Assembly: GCA_000996895.1 (NCBI GenBank)
Contig: LCBB01000007.1
Location: forward strand, 1-53,555
Direction of reading: 5' to 3'
Origin: a candidate division WWE3 bacterium GW2011_GWC2_41_23
Lineage (GTDB): Bacteria > Patescibacteriota > WWE3 > UBA101185 > UBA10185
Length of the DNA: 53,555 nucleotides
Shown: one piece after another, positions 19,456 through 27,724 of the stretch
Layout: each line of letters starts with the position of its first letter
Position numbering within the stretch: the first letter of the stretch is position 1
Translations under genes and position numbers: made by a program
Notes under the pieces: generated by a model
Databases searched by the model: none
The model's input: the letters and a program-made list of their open reading frames with translations, nothing else
What the model was told of the DNA's origin: nothing

Positions 19456-20274
19456 ATGAAAAGATTGGAACTGTTCGCGGCACTGCTTTTCTTGTTGTTA
19501 ACGGTTTCGTGTAATCATCCCGTTAACACAGCCAGACCAACCGTTGTTCCCACAACCGAAACGCCTGAAGCACCCGTGGCTACACCCACTGCTCAGGAAA
19601 CTGTTACGGAACAACCCACTCCGACGGCAACTCCAGCACCGGAGGTAAATCCTTACATCTTCGACGCGGGCGACCAAGATCTGGACATTTCTACAGGCTC
19701 TTTTTCCCTACGTTTCGAAGAAGGGGTCCTTGGTGAAATTGAAATCTCTGCCGGTCTAATCAGTCCTATAAATACAGGGGATTACAAAACTACCTCTGAA
19801 GGACTAACGTTAGGAACCGGAATTGGTGTTTCCAGAGCTGACAACTATGGAAATATCCTGCTGGGGTTTCACTCCGGGTACTACAGGAACAATCCGCTTC
19901 AAGCAGAACCTCTCCGATATTACTTCGAACATTGGGGAGCTTCGGACAAAGCGGTGGAAGAGAAACTTACACAGTCTTTGGGAAGTACGGGAAAAATCCA
20001 AATAGGAGATTCCGAGGTGAAAGTTACTGTAGCGGCAGCTATTCGAGTCGATAACACCGCGGCAGGAGAAATTCAACTATACCCTGAAAAGATGCTGGAT
20101 ATAGTAACCGATGAAAAATATTCCGTCATCGGAGATAGGACTCCCTTTAATAACGCAAAAAATAGTGAACACAATATTATGCTCAATTTTTGCGGCTGGG
20201 GTCCTGATAACAACTACTCGTATTACAGATACGTCATTTTGCTAGACGTACTTGAAATACCCCAAACGCCTTAA
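19456..20274 (+). CDS. lipoprotein with a sortase-like catalytic domain (putative)
   Basis: Lipobox LLLTVSC and a PT-rich linker. The C-domain carries sortase-like motifs in order: GEIEISAGLISPINTG, GNILLGFHSG (His139), GKIQIGDSEVKVTV, NIMLNFCGWG (Cys246) and YRYVILL (Arg258, 12 aa after the Cys). Confidence 0.4.
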   Translation: MKRLELFAALLFLLLTVSCNHPVNTARPTVVPTTETPEAPVATPTAQETVTEQPTPTATPAPEVNPYIFDAGDQDLDISTGSFSLRFEEGVLGEIEISAGLISPINTGDYKTTSEGLTLGTGIGVSRADNYGNILLGFHSGYYRNNPLQAEPLRYYFEHWGASDKAVEEKLTQSLGSTGKIQIGDSEVKVTVAAAIRVDNTAAGEIQLYPEKMLDIVTDEKYSVIGDRTPFNNAKNSEHNIMLNFCGWGPDNNYSYYRYVILLDVLEIPQTP

Positions 20275-20310
20275 TGCGTACCAATTTGGTATGTTTTAGG
20301 GCGTTTTTTT
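20264..20310 (+). terminator. intrinsic terminator after the lipoprotein gene
   Basis: AAACGCC (20264-20270) pairs with GGCGTTT (20300-20306) around an inner TACCAA/TTGGTA hairpin, followed by a T7 run. Confidence 0.5.
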
Positions 20311-20340
20311 GTGCTCGTTTTGGATAATTAGGAAGATTTA

Positions 20341-20488
20341 TGGCGGAGGGAGAGGGGTTCGGTCACCGGTAATTCTCTGCTGAGAATTCCGTCGACCCCG
20401 GCTCGGCACCGTCGTGCCTGCGCCTTTCGAACCACTTACTTCAGCAATGTTTCGTCAGTCTTACCTGCCGGCAAGCCTGCCGAAAGCA
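20341..20488 (-). other. 148-nt trailer downstream of tRNA-Ser(GGA), ending in a 21-nt exact copy of that tRNA's 3' end including CCA
   Basis: 20341-20361 (TGGCGGAGGGAGAGGGGTTCG) equals 20489-20509. An internal 7-bp hairpin (AATTCTC-TGCT-GAGAATT) lies at 20371-20388. The segment shares blocks with the trailer at 27035-27171. Confidence 0.7.
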
Positions 20489-20578
20489 TGGCGGAGGGAG
20501 AGGGGTTCGAACCCTCGTGCCGCTTTCGCGACGCGTCGCTTTCCAGGCGAGCCGATTAGACCACTCTCGCATCCCTCC
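20489..20578 (-). tRNA. tRNA-Ser (anticodon GGA), CCA encoded
   Basis: The reverse complement reads GGAGGGATGCGAGAGTGGTCTAATCGGCTCGCCTGGAAAGCGA...GAGGGTTCGAACCCCTCTCCCTCCGCCA. It has anticodon loop CTGGAAA, a long variable arm and discriminator G73. Confidence 0.9.
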
Positions 20579-20640
20579 AAAGCCTCAAACAGCCTTGATT
20601 TTAACACAAACTCGAACCGCCCTACCGTATAAGCCCTGTC

Positions 20641-21720
20641 CTATAAATACTTATCAAGTTTTTTGTTACGCAGCTCGTCCTGAATATCCTTAATTTTGTC
20701 GGTTTTATCTTTGGGCACGATTAACAAAGTATCTTCGGTATCTACCACCACCATGTCTTTCAACCCGAACACCGCAATTAGTTTATCCGGGTTATCGCTT
20801 TTGATTAGAGAGCTTTTTGAATCCAACGCGATTACATTTCCTTCTTTATAAACCTGATCTTTACGGGCAACGTATTCGTACAGTGAGTTCCACGTTCCGA
20901 TATCTACCCAGTTATAGTTTAACTGCAATATCAGCGCGTCTTTAAACAGGTGCCTCGTCACAATTTCGGTTGCCCCCGCTTCCATGCCCTGATAGATTGC
21001 TACAACTCCATCTAAACTGTTTGTGTCGCTTATAATTTTTCTAATCTGCATTAAAGCCGTGTACCAATCGGGTTTGTATCTTTCATAAGCCTCGAGTAGC
21101 ATCTGCGGATACCAGCAATTATGATTACTGTGTTTCACAACGTTAAAATTTTCAATTAGTTCTTTGGTTTCGGCATAATTTGAGCGGCGGTCTACAAATT
21201 CTTTTGCCTCAAAAACATCGACATTTCCATATGAGTGAATTTTCCTACCCAGCTTCAGGTAATCTACCCCAAGGTCGGGGTATGTTACGGCAATTCCACC
21301 GGAAATAAACTTTTTATGCTCTTTCACAAGCTTTTCAGCAGTTTCTATTAAGAGTAGATAATTGTTTTCGGGAATTCTCACGCAGTCGGACTGCACTATC
21401 ATAAAAGGTTCGCCCGGAAATTTAACGTCGAGGTAAACAATTGCCAGTCCGTCTGCTGGCCCTCTATTTTTTGGTGAGTCCGGCTCTAAAATATAATTTT
21501 CCAAAGGTATTTGTGGAACCTGCTCCCGCGCGATTTTCAAATACCGTTCTTTTGTGGAAATAAGTATGTCGGCTGCGGGATATTTTCTAAGAAGGGTCTT
21601 AACGTTGTACGAAAAAAGCGACTCTCCGTTCAAAATTCTCTGGAATTGTTTGGGATTATTTTCCCTGCTATATGGCCATAATTTTGTGCCCTGGCCTCCG
21701 GCGCTGACGATGAATTTCAT
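20641..21720 (-). CDS. manC: mannose-1-phosphate guanylyltransferase-like nucleotidyltransferase
   Basis: N-terminal signature SAGGQGTKLWPYSRENNPKQFQ (GGxGTRLWPLSR...PKQF type). Confidence 0.7.
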   Translation of the reverse strand: MKFIVSAGGQGTKLWPYSRENNPKQFQRILNGESLFSYNVKTLLRKYPAADILISTKERYLKIAREQVPQIPLENYILEPDSPKNRGPADGLAIVYLDVKFPGEPFMIVQSDCVRIPENNYLLLIETAEKLVKEHKKFISGGIAVTYPDLGVDYLKLGRKIHSYGNVDVFEAKEFVDRRSNYAETKELIENFNVVKHSNHNCWYPQMLLEAYERYKPDWYTALMQIRKIISDTNSLDGVVAIYQGMEAGATEIVTRHLFKDALILQLNYNWVDIGTWNSLYEYVARKDQVYKEGNVIALDSKSSLIKSDNPDKLIAVFGLKDMVVVDTEDTLLIVPKDKTDKIKDIQDELRNKKLDKYL

Positions 21721-21758
21721 AATTCATTATAACAAGTCGGCGTGCGCGGCGGGAAAGG

Positions 21759-21787
21759 TTGGAAATAATGGCTTGTATCCTTATAAT
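21759..21787 (+). promoter_or_regulatory. sigma-70-type promoter TTGGAA-17 nt-TATAAT
   Basis: -35 at 21759-21764, an exact 17-nt spacer, and -10 at 21782-21787. Confidence 0.5.
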
Positions 21788-21793
21788 TAAAAG

Positions 21794-21970
21794 GTGGGAG
21801 ATCAAAAAACAACTGAGGAACAACTTCAGGATGCTTACGACAAATTTCTAATAAAAATGCTTGCCTTAAAACTGGAGAAATTAGAAATAATAAGAAAATA
21901 CAGAGAAAAAGTTGACGCTGCAAAACTGAAGGTAATTGATGAGAGTCTAAAAGGAGGGTACGCAAAATGA
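21794..21970 (+). CDS. possible 58-aa coiled-coil peptide (below the ORF-track cutoff)
   Basis: GTG 21794 to TGA 21968-21970, overlapping the next ATG in an ATGA junction. It translates to an amphipathic helix (EEQLQDAYDKFLIKMLALKLEKLEIIRKYREKV). This stretch could equally be a 5' UTR. Confidence 0.25.
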   Translation: MGDQKTTEEQLQDAYDKFLIKMLALKLEKLEIIRKYREKVDAAKLKVIDESLKGGYAK

Positions 21971-22827
21971 CAACAATCCCCACGATTCCGGCATTTCCCC
22001 AACTTCCCGAAGGTATACCGCCTATGCCTAGTATAGAAGGGGTTGCAGAAAAAAGCAGCGAGGTAGTGGGTTTAATATCAAAAGGGGCTGAAGGTGCCGT
22101 CAGAAACGTCGGGCACTTCGGAGACGGACTGAAAAGCTCGCTCGAAAAGGAATTATCCCCCTCCGATGCTCAGAACATCGCAAACGATATGGCTGCTGTC
22201 GATAGAAGCGCGAAAGAAGCGTTTGAGCAACTTCAGGAGGAAGTTAGAAAAATTTCCGGAAACGGAGAATCCCACACCCCGCCACGTACTGAGACAACTT
22301 CTAATAAACCTCCCGCCGAAGTTCTTAGAGGGGAAGTTGTTTTCTCAAACGGCGAATGGCTCGCAGACGATATAAACGAACAAACCAAAAAATGGTTGAA
22401 TAGCCACAATTACGGAGAATTTGCAGGAGAATTTACCGGTGAAGAAAAACAGAAAGCCCGGGATTTCGGAAAGGGCGTGTACCAAAATGCCGAAGAAAAA
22501 GTAAAGGCGGGAAAACACCCTGTCGATGAAAACCCCCTCGAAGCCCTGAAAAAAATAGAAACGGACGGGGACGACGGAGAAAGTATGAGGCTACTCATCA
22601 GGATAGCTGTAAGAGCGGGGATAAAAATAGCTACCATAATCGCCCAAAACATAGCCAAAGACAAAGACGTCCCTAAGGAACTACGCATCGCCGCGGGAAT
22701 ATTTGCAGATTCTATGGGAATGGTCGATCAGATAGTTGCGGGAGATGAACACACTAACCTTGGTCAGGATATTTCCAGGTACATTAAAGAGAGAAATGCC
22801 GCTAAGTTAAGTGAGCATGGTGAATAA
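21967..22827 (+). CDS. hypothetical acidic protein (286 aa)
   Basis: Strong SD AAGGAGGG 8 nt upstream of the ATG. No family recognised. Confidence 0.7.
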   Translation: MTTIPTIPAFPQLPEGIPPMPSIEGVAEKSSEVVGLISKGAEGAVRNVGHFGDGLKSSLEKELSPSDAQNIANDMAAVDRSAKEAFEQLQEEVRKISGNGESHTPPRTETTSNKPPAEVLRGEVVFSNGEWLADDINEQTKKWLNSHNYGEFAGEFTGEEKQKARDFGKGVYQNAEEKVKAGKHPVDENPLEALKKIETDGDDGESMRLLIRIAVRAGIKIATIIAQNIAKDKDVPKELRIAAGIFADSMGMVDQIVAGDEHTNLGQDISRYIKERNAAKLSEHGE

Positions 22828-24018
22828 TAGATAAAAGTTACTGAGAGAAGATAAAAGTATCACCAACTTAACACCGAGCGAAAGTTCTTTGTTCTTTAGT
22901 GAATATTCTGAAACCAAAGCTATAAATAAATAAGGCAAAAAATCCAAAGAATATCTATACCCAAACTGAATCCAACCAACACCGAAATATAACAAGATGG
23001 GAATCATAATTAGAAAAGACGTGAGCAAAAGCAATATGGATTCTCTTTTCTTATAAGCCAAAGTAAACAGCAGAAAAAATACCGGGGAAGTAACAAAAAT
23101 ACTCATCCCCCAAGGATCGGCTTCTACAAAAGGAAACTTCAGTACCTTAGAAACACCGTCGGAGAGAACCGGTTTTGGAGCGTTGAGAAAAAGATAATAA
23201 ATGTTGCCCGGTACATGTTTCAAGCTAAATATTCCGTAATTACGGGCTGTCTGATGCCACGGAAAAAGAAAATTTTGGACATACCCAAGTTCTTTCCACG
23301 TCCCGTACCTCGCGTAGTTATAAGAAATCATTATGACTAAAGCGCAGAAGAAGGGGGCTAACAGTAAAATAAACTTCTTCGTTAAAGCGCGGTCAAACTT
23401 GAAGCGGAAATTATTTTCCGACAAGAGTAAAAATATGTAAAAAATAATTCCTAGGGCAGCGGTGAATCTTGTTAACAAAATTAGACCGTATATTATCCCA
23501 ACATAAGCCATTGAATATCCTTTCTTGTATAGCAAATAAGCAAGGAACGTTAGAAACACGGAAACTGTAGAAGCAAAATACCAGCTCGATGGCAAAGAAA
23601 AAACTCCGATAAAACAGGTAGAAAAAATAAAAGAATAGACCCAAAAAGTTACATCTTTTTTTGAACTGCACGTTATAAAAACTTTACCGAGAACCCACAC
23701 TAAAAGTGCGCCGATGACTATCTGAACAAACCCTTGTATCGAAGCAACCCCTAGCAATTTCAAAATTATTACCGGAAACATTAGAAGAACAGCAGGAAAC
23801 GGGGGATTAGGCCAATAATAGTAACCGTTGTGCAAAACCATATCGGTCAAATGGGGAGGCATGCTAACAAAATCCAGATGTCCCCTTAAAAAAGATTCCG
23901 CAAGAAAAACGTACTGTTGATTTCCCATTGAAATAAGGTTCAAAACAATTACCGTAACGCCCAACAGAACAAAGAATAATTTCATCGTCAAATCAAGTAC
24001 TTTAGACAAATTCAACAT
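22807..24018 (-). CDS. polytopic membrane protein, GT-C-like glycosyltransferase (putative)
   Basis: About 11 TM helices. The first extracytoplasmic loop (GHLDFVSMPPHLTDMVLHNGYYYWPNPPFPAVLL) resembles GT-C catalytic loops. Confidence 0.5.
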   Translation of the reverse strand: MLNLSKVLDLTMKLFFVLLGVTVIVLNLISMGNQQYVFLAESFLRGHLDFVSMPPHLTDMVLHNGYYYWPNPPFPAVLLMFPVIILKLLGVASIQGFVQIVIGALLVWVLGKVFITCSSKKDVTFWVYSFIFSTCFIGVFSLPSSWYFASTVSVFLTFLAYLLYKKGYSMAYVGIIYGLILLTRFTAALGIIFYIFLLLSENNFRFKFDRALTKKFILLLAPFFCALVIMISYNYARYGTWKELGYVQNFLFPWHQTARNYGIFSLKHVPGNIYYLFLNAPKPVLSDGVSKVLKFPFVEADPWGMSIFVTSPVFFLLFTLAYKKRESILLLLTSFLIMIPILLYFGVGWIQFGYRYSLDFLPYLFIALVSEYSLKNKELSLGVKLVILLSSLSNFYLLFTMLT

Positions 24019-24039
24019 AATACAATATCATACTACAGT

Positions 24040-24819
24040 ATGACCGGTTACTTCGGCGAATATCTTAAGGTCGCTCCTTTTTCTCACGCCCTGTGGAGGG
24101 CAACTGAAGCAGAGATAATATCTGACCTGGAAATAACTAAACCCGTCCTCGATATAGGTTGCGGTTTCGGCGAATTTGGAGGAATTTTTTATAAGACCTG
24201 CGTAGAAATTGGTTTGGATAAATCACAAAAAGATCTTGATATAGCAAAAAACAAAGGCGTTTATGAAAAACTTGTTTTTGCAGATGCGGTTGAACTGCCC
24301 CTCGAAAATAATACCTTCTCTACCTGCGTCTCCATAAGTACCCTGGAACACATAAACGGGGCGGATAAAGTTATAAAAGAAGTTCACAGAGTTTTAAAAA
24401 ATGACGGCGTGTTTATATTCACAGTCCCGACAAAAGAAATAAACAACAGACTGTGGGGACAAAAAATTCTCAGGAAAGCCGGCCTAAAACGGCTTGCAAA
24501 CAAGTATATAAAAACCTACCACAAAGTATTTAAGCACGAAACCATAGTGACTAAAGAACAGTGGGAAAAATGGCTACAGGAAGCCGGGTTTAAAAAAATC
24601 CAGGTAATAAACACCCTTTCTGATAAACATCTTTTAGCTTTTGAAACTTTTCTGATTACCGGAGGCGCTTCTCAAATCCTAAGAAAAATTACCGGTAAAA
24701 GAATGGTGTGGAATAATCCGGTTAGAACAAAGCTTATGACTAAATTATACCGACTTATAAAAGACAAAAATGAAAATATGCTTAATGCGTCAAATGTTGT
24801 TTTTATAGCGACAAAATGA
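24040..24819 (+). CDS. class I SAM-dependent methyltransferase
   Basis: Motif I VLDIGCGFGEFG and post-I/II motifs (VFADAVELP, VSISTLEHI). Confidence 0.8.
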   Translation: MTGYFGEYLKVAPFSHALWRATEAEIISDLEITKPVLDIGCGFGEFGGIFYKTCVEIGLDKSQKDLDIAKNKGVYEKLVFADAVELPLENNTFSTCVSISTLEHINGADKVIKEVHRVLKNDGVFIFTVPTKEINNRLWGQKILRKAGLKRLANKYIKTYHKVFKHETIVTKEQWEKWLQEAGFKKIQVINTLSDKHLLAFETFLITGGASQILRKITGKRMVWNNPVRTKLMTKLYRLIKDKNENMLNASNVVFIATK

Positions 24820-25640
24820 ACAGTTGCGATGTTTGTAAAAATGAAGGTCTTAAAAAAATAACTCTAAGTGGTTTCTCCATTCTAAAGTGCGGTAACTGTG
24901 GTTTTGGAAGACTAGAAATTTTACCTGAAGTAGAAACTGCCAATAAAATATACGGCTCTGAATATTTCGACGAAAAAAGTGAACCGGATCACTTGAAAGA
25001 TTCAAAAAAGAAATATTTATTTGTTAAAAATTACTTAGAAGGTACCAATACAATTCTGGATTTCGGTTGCGGTACTGGAAATTTCCTCCTTGCCGTTAAA
25101 CCCGACGGACATTCTATATATGGGCATGATATTTCACAGCATGCCGCGCAAGTTGCGTCAAAAAGATTGAACGCTAACGTAACCTCCGGTCCTGCGTTCG
25201 AAGAAACTTTTAATGAAGGGCAGTTTGACTGCATAACCTGTTTCGACGTTATAGAGCATCTTTCGGACTATAGAGATAAAATTAGGCTTTTCCGCAGGTG
25301 GCTGAAACTGGACGGGCTCCTCTTTATTACTACGCCGAATATTAACAGCTGGGACGCTACGGTTCTTGGAAAACGCTGGTACGGTTTTAAAAAATACCCT
25401 GAGCACGTCGTCTATTTTTCTCCTAAATCAATAACGGAACTACTTAAATCCGAAGGTTTTGATATTCAAAAAATAAAGGTTTGGGGATTTGTCCGCTCAT
25501 TTAAATACATTATCGAACATTTATTCCAAGATAGAGGCGCGGGAAGAATTCTTATGCGGACTACAAATAAACTGGGACTTGGTTCAGCTGAAATTTATCT
25601 GCCTATGGTGGATATGGTTGTCGTCGCCAGAAAACACTAA
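24816..25640 (+). CDS. class I SAM-dependent methyltransferase with an N-terminal zinc ribbon
   Basis: CDVC...CGNCG ribbon, motif I ILDFGCGTGNF and CFDVIEHL. A 4-nt ATGA overlap with the previous gene suggests an operon. Confidence 0.8.
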   Translation: MNSCDVCKNEGLKKITLSGFSILKCGNCGFGRLEILPEVETANKIYGSEYFDEKSEPDHLKDSKKKYLFVKNYLEGTNTILDFGCGTGNFLLAVKPDGHSIYGHDISQHAAQVASKRLNANVTSGPAFEETFNEGQFDCITCFDVIEHLSDYRDKIRLFRRWLKLDGLLFITTPNINSWDATVLGKRWYGFKKYPEHVVYFSPKSITELLKSEGFDIQKIKVWGFVRSFKYIIEHLFQDRGAGRILMRTTNKLGLGSAEIYLPMVDMVVVARKH

Positions 25641-25643
25641 GGG

Positions 25644-26396
25644 CTACTTTTCCATTGCTCTTCTTCTAAGGCTTACAGGCATTTTTTCAATTGCATATCT
25701 CAAAGCTGTCCTCGGCATTTTGTCTTTATTTTTCAAAACGTAGTTAAAAACTTCTTTTTGGTGTTTGTGGCTTGCCACTTTAAGCAACCAACCGTAACCC
25801 TTTTGAACCATATCCTCTTTATCTAACAACATAGTATCCGCCAGCTCAAATACATCTTTCAAAAACTTTCCTTCTTTCGCAGGGATTATCAAACTCACCG
25901 CCGCTGCCCTTCTCAGCCAAAGATTTTTATTTTTTGACCAAACTTTAAGCGTTTTAATATATTTAGGATATTTTTCTATAAAGGCACCGACGGTATGGTT
26001 ACAAAACGTATCGCATTCTGCCCAATTATCGATATATTTACTAATCCAGTGCTCGTAAAGGATGATATCCTTTTCGGCGTAATCATTTTTCCGATGCACC
26101 CAGCCTGCCGCAGTCCAGGACTCCTCACAGTACCCGGACTTAAAAAGATCTTCGCATATTGAAAATAATTCCTTTTTACTTAATTCACTGACATGAATAA
26201 AATTCTCTCTCGCTATTTTTCCAACAATTCCTGACTTAACTCCGTGGCATAAAACGGGATCTTTAAAAAATCTTTGAAAACTTGCACGGGTTTTGGCATC
26301 CGAATTCTTTTTAAGTTGAGTTCTAATGTGGGAGACAATTTTAGTTTTTCCGGGTTTCCGCACAACTTCTTTTTTCATGTTTTTACATTCTACCAA
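25644..26396 (-). CDS. DNA alkylation repair protein (AlkD-like HEAT-repeat family)
   Basis: Pattern KTRASFQRFFKD...GVKS...WAECDTFCNH...KNLWLRRAAAVSL...KGYGWLLK matches my memory of the DNA_alkylation family. Confidence 0.6.
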   Translation of the reverse strand: MVECKNMKKEVVRKPGKTKIVSHIRTQLKKNSDAKTRASFQRFFKDPVLCHGVKSGIVGKIARENFIHVSELSKKELFSICEDLFKSGYCEESWTAAGWVHRKNDYAEKDIILYEHWISKYIDNWAECDTFCNHTVGAFIEKYPKYIKTLKVWSKNKNLWLRRAAAVSLIIPAKEGKFLKDVFELADTMLLDKEDMVQKGYGWLLKVASHKHQKEVFNYVLKNKDKMPRTALRYAIEKMPVSLRRRAMEK

Positions 26397-26437
26397 AAAA
26401 GAACCCCCCGCCCGTTTTTATACGTTTGGGGGTGTGG

Positions 26438-26932
26438 TTAAACCTTCTTAGACTTTGCCAACAAAGAAACCTGATACACTACTCTTCGGGGCGGCCACTC
26501 TAGAATTATTCCTACGTTCCGGCAAGTTTCCGTAAGATTTACACCCATGGCCTCTGCATTTGTGATTGAAACGTACCCCGGAAAATCCTTACATTTTTCT
26601 TGGCACAGATCTTTTAAAATTGCCCGGACGTGACCTTGCCAATGCCTGGGATTTTCTAAAGCGCGGGGTGTCCAGTCAGGATGTTCGCACTCTTTCTTTT
26701 CTACATACGCTCTCAGGTCAAATTTTATTGCAGCAACATAAACCTCGGATTCAAAAATGTCGAGAAACAGCGCTGCATGGGGAGGACAGCCCGGTTTAAT
26801 TCTCAAGTTCGGACATCCCTTGGCGTGCTTATAATAGGCTGACGCGCAAAGAGGACGTACAATCCTTGGTTGATAAACTACAGTGACGGGTCCTCTGAAA
26901 ACCGCCTCCTTTTCAACTGCGTTTATGTCCAT
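26438..26932 (-). CDS. hypothetical Cys-rich protein (164 aa from Met13 of the ORF)
   Basis: ATG 26932 is preceded by AAGGAGAG at a 5-nt spacing. It has several Cys, including GCPNLRIKPGCPPH. No family assigned with confidence. Confidence 0.65.
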   Translation of the reverse strand: MDINAVEKEAVFRGPVTVVYQPRIVRPLCASAYYKHAKGCPNLRIKPGCPPHAALFLDIFESEVYVAAIKFDLRAYVEKKECEHPDWTPRALENPRHWQGHVRAILKDLCQEKCKDFPGYVSITNAEAMGVNLTETCRNVGIILEWPPRRVVYQVSLLAKSKKV

Positions 26933-26998
26933 TTTTCTCTCCTTAAATAGACTTTTGTGTGGATGCACTCTTAATTTTGGATTATATCAGAAGTGGGC

Positions 26999-27024
26999 AA
27001 AAAATATCCGGCGGTAAACGCCGG
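26999..27024 (-). terminator. intrinsic terminator closing the tRNA-Ser(CGA)-plus-trailer transcription unit
   Basis: In minus sense, CCGGCG-TTTAC-CGCCGG is followed by ATATTTTTT. It lies 10 nt after the CCA that ends the trailer. Confidence 0.55.
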
Positions 27025-27034
27025 CCATTTTTGT

Positions 27035-27171
27035 TGGCGGAGGGAGTTTTACTTCGTAAAGCAATTCTGCTCGCTGCGCTCGCATAAATGTGTTATTCGA
27101 ACCTGCTTCGCTGTTCAATCAACTTCCCTCAAGCAATTTCCGTCAGACCCTTCGGGCCTGCCGTAAATTCC
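27035..27171 (-). other. 137-nt trailer downstream of tRNA-Ser(CGA), ending in a 13-nt copy of the tRNA 3' end including CCA
   Basis: 27035-27047 (TGGCGGAGGGAGT) equals 27172-27184. It shares conserved blocks with 20341-20488: CCTGCCG, CTGACGrAA-ATTGCT, GGTTCGAA and CAGAATT. Confidence 0.7.
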
Positions 27172-27262
27172 TGGCGGAGGGAGTGGGATTCGAACCCACG
27201 TGTGAGTTGCCCCACGCTTGGTTTTCGAGACCAGCCCGGTATGACCACTTCGGTATCCCTCC
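27172..27262 (-). tRNA. tRNA-Ser (anticodon CGA), CCA encoded
   Basis: The reverse complement reads GGAGGGATACCGAAGTGGTCATACCGGGCTGGTCTCGAAAACCAAGCGTGGGGCAACTCACACGTGGGTTCGAATCCCACTCCCTCCGCCA. Confidence 0.9.
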
Positions 27263-27571
27263 ATGGAGGCACAAACGAGCTTTAAAGACAGGGTATTAGA
27301 AGAAGTACGGAAAATCCCAAAAGGCTCGGTTGCGAGCTACGGCCAAATCGCCCTTTTTGCCGGAAAACCCAGAGGGGCAAGAGAAGTCGGATGGATACTC
27401 AACCGATGGGGAGACGATGGAATTACACCGTGGTGGAGAATAATCAACGCAAAAGGCTACATAAGCATAAAACACAACGAAATCTCTGCACTAGAACAAA
27501 AAAGATTACTTGAAAACGACGGTATTGAAGTGGGAAAAAATTTTAGCGTATCAAAATCTTATTTCATCTAA
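27263..27571 (+). CDS. alkyltransferase-like protein (MGMT DNA-binding domain with the active-site Cys replaced by Trp)
   Basis: IPKGSVASYGQIALFAGKPRGAREVGWIL followed by PWWRII (27428-27442), where O6-alkylguanine transferases have PCHRV. Confidence 0.75.
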   Translation: MEAQTSFKDRVLEEVRKIPKGSVASYGQIALFAGKPRGAREVGWILNRWGDDGITPWWRIINAKGYISIKHNEISALEQKRLLENDGIEVGKNFSVSKSYFI

Positions 27572-27579
27572 CTTTAATC

Positions 27580-27655
27580 TGGTGGACCGTAGCGGAATCG
27601 AACCGCTGATCTCCGCAATGCGAATGCGGCGCTCTACCAACTGAGCTAACGGCCC
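27580..27655 (-). tRNA. tRNA-Ala (anticodon CGC), CCA encoded
   Basis: The reverse complement reads GGGCCGTTAGCTCAGTTGGTAGAGCGCCGCATTCGCATTGCGGAGATCAGCGGTTCGATTCCGCTACGGTCCACCA. The G3:U70 identity pair is present. Confidence 0.9.
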
Positions 27656-27724
27656 CCGTATAACACTGCCAAAACAACCGGAATAGCCTGCCAATATTAC
27701 CTTATGCGCCTTCAAAATCCAAAC

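Noticed and set aside
20414-20632. 72-aa ORF, together with similar ORFs at 27088-27299, 29354-29593 and 31263-31592
   Set aside because: Each overlaps a confidently folded tRNA gene. Arg/Pro-rich translations are typical of reading through structured RNA genes.
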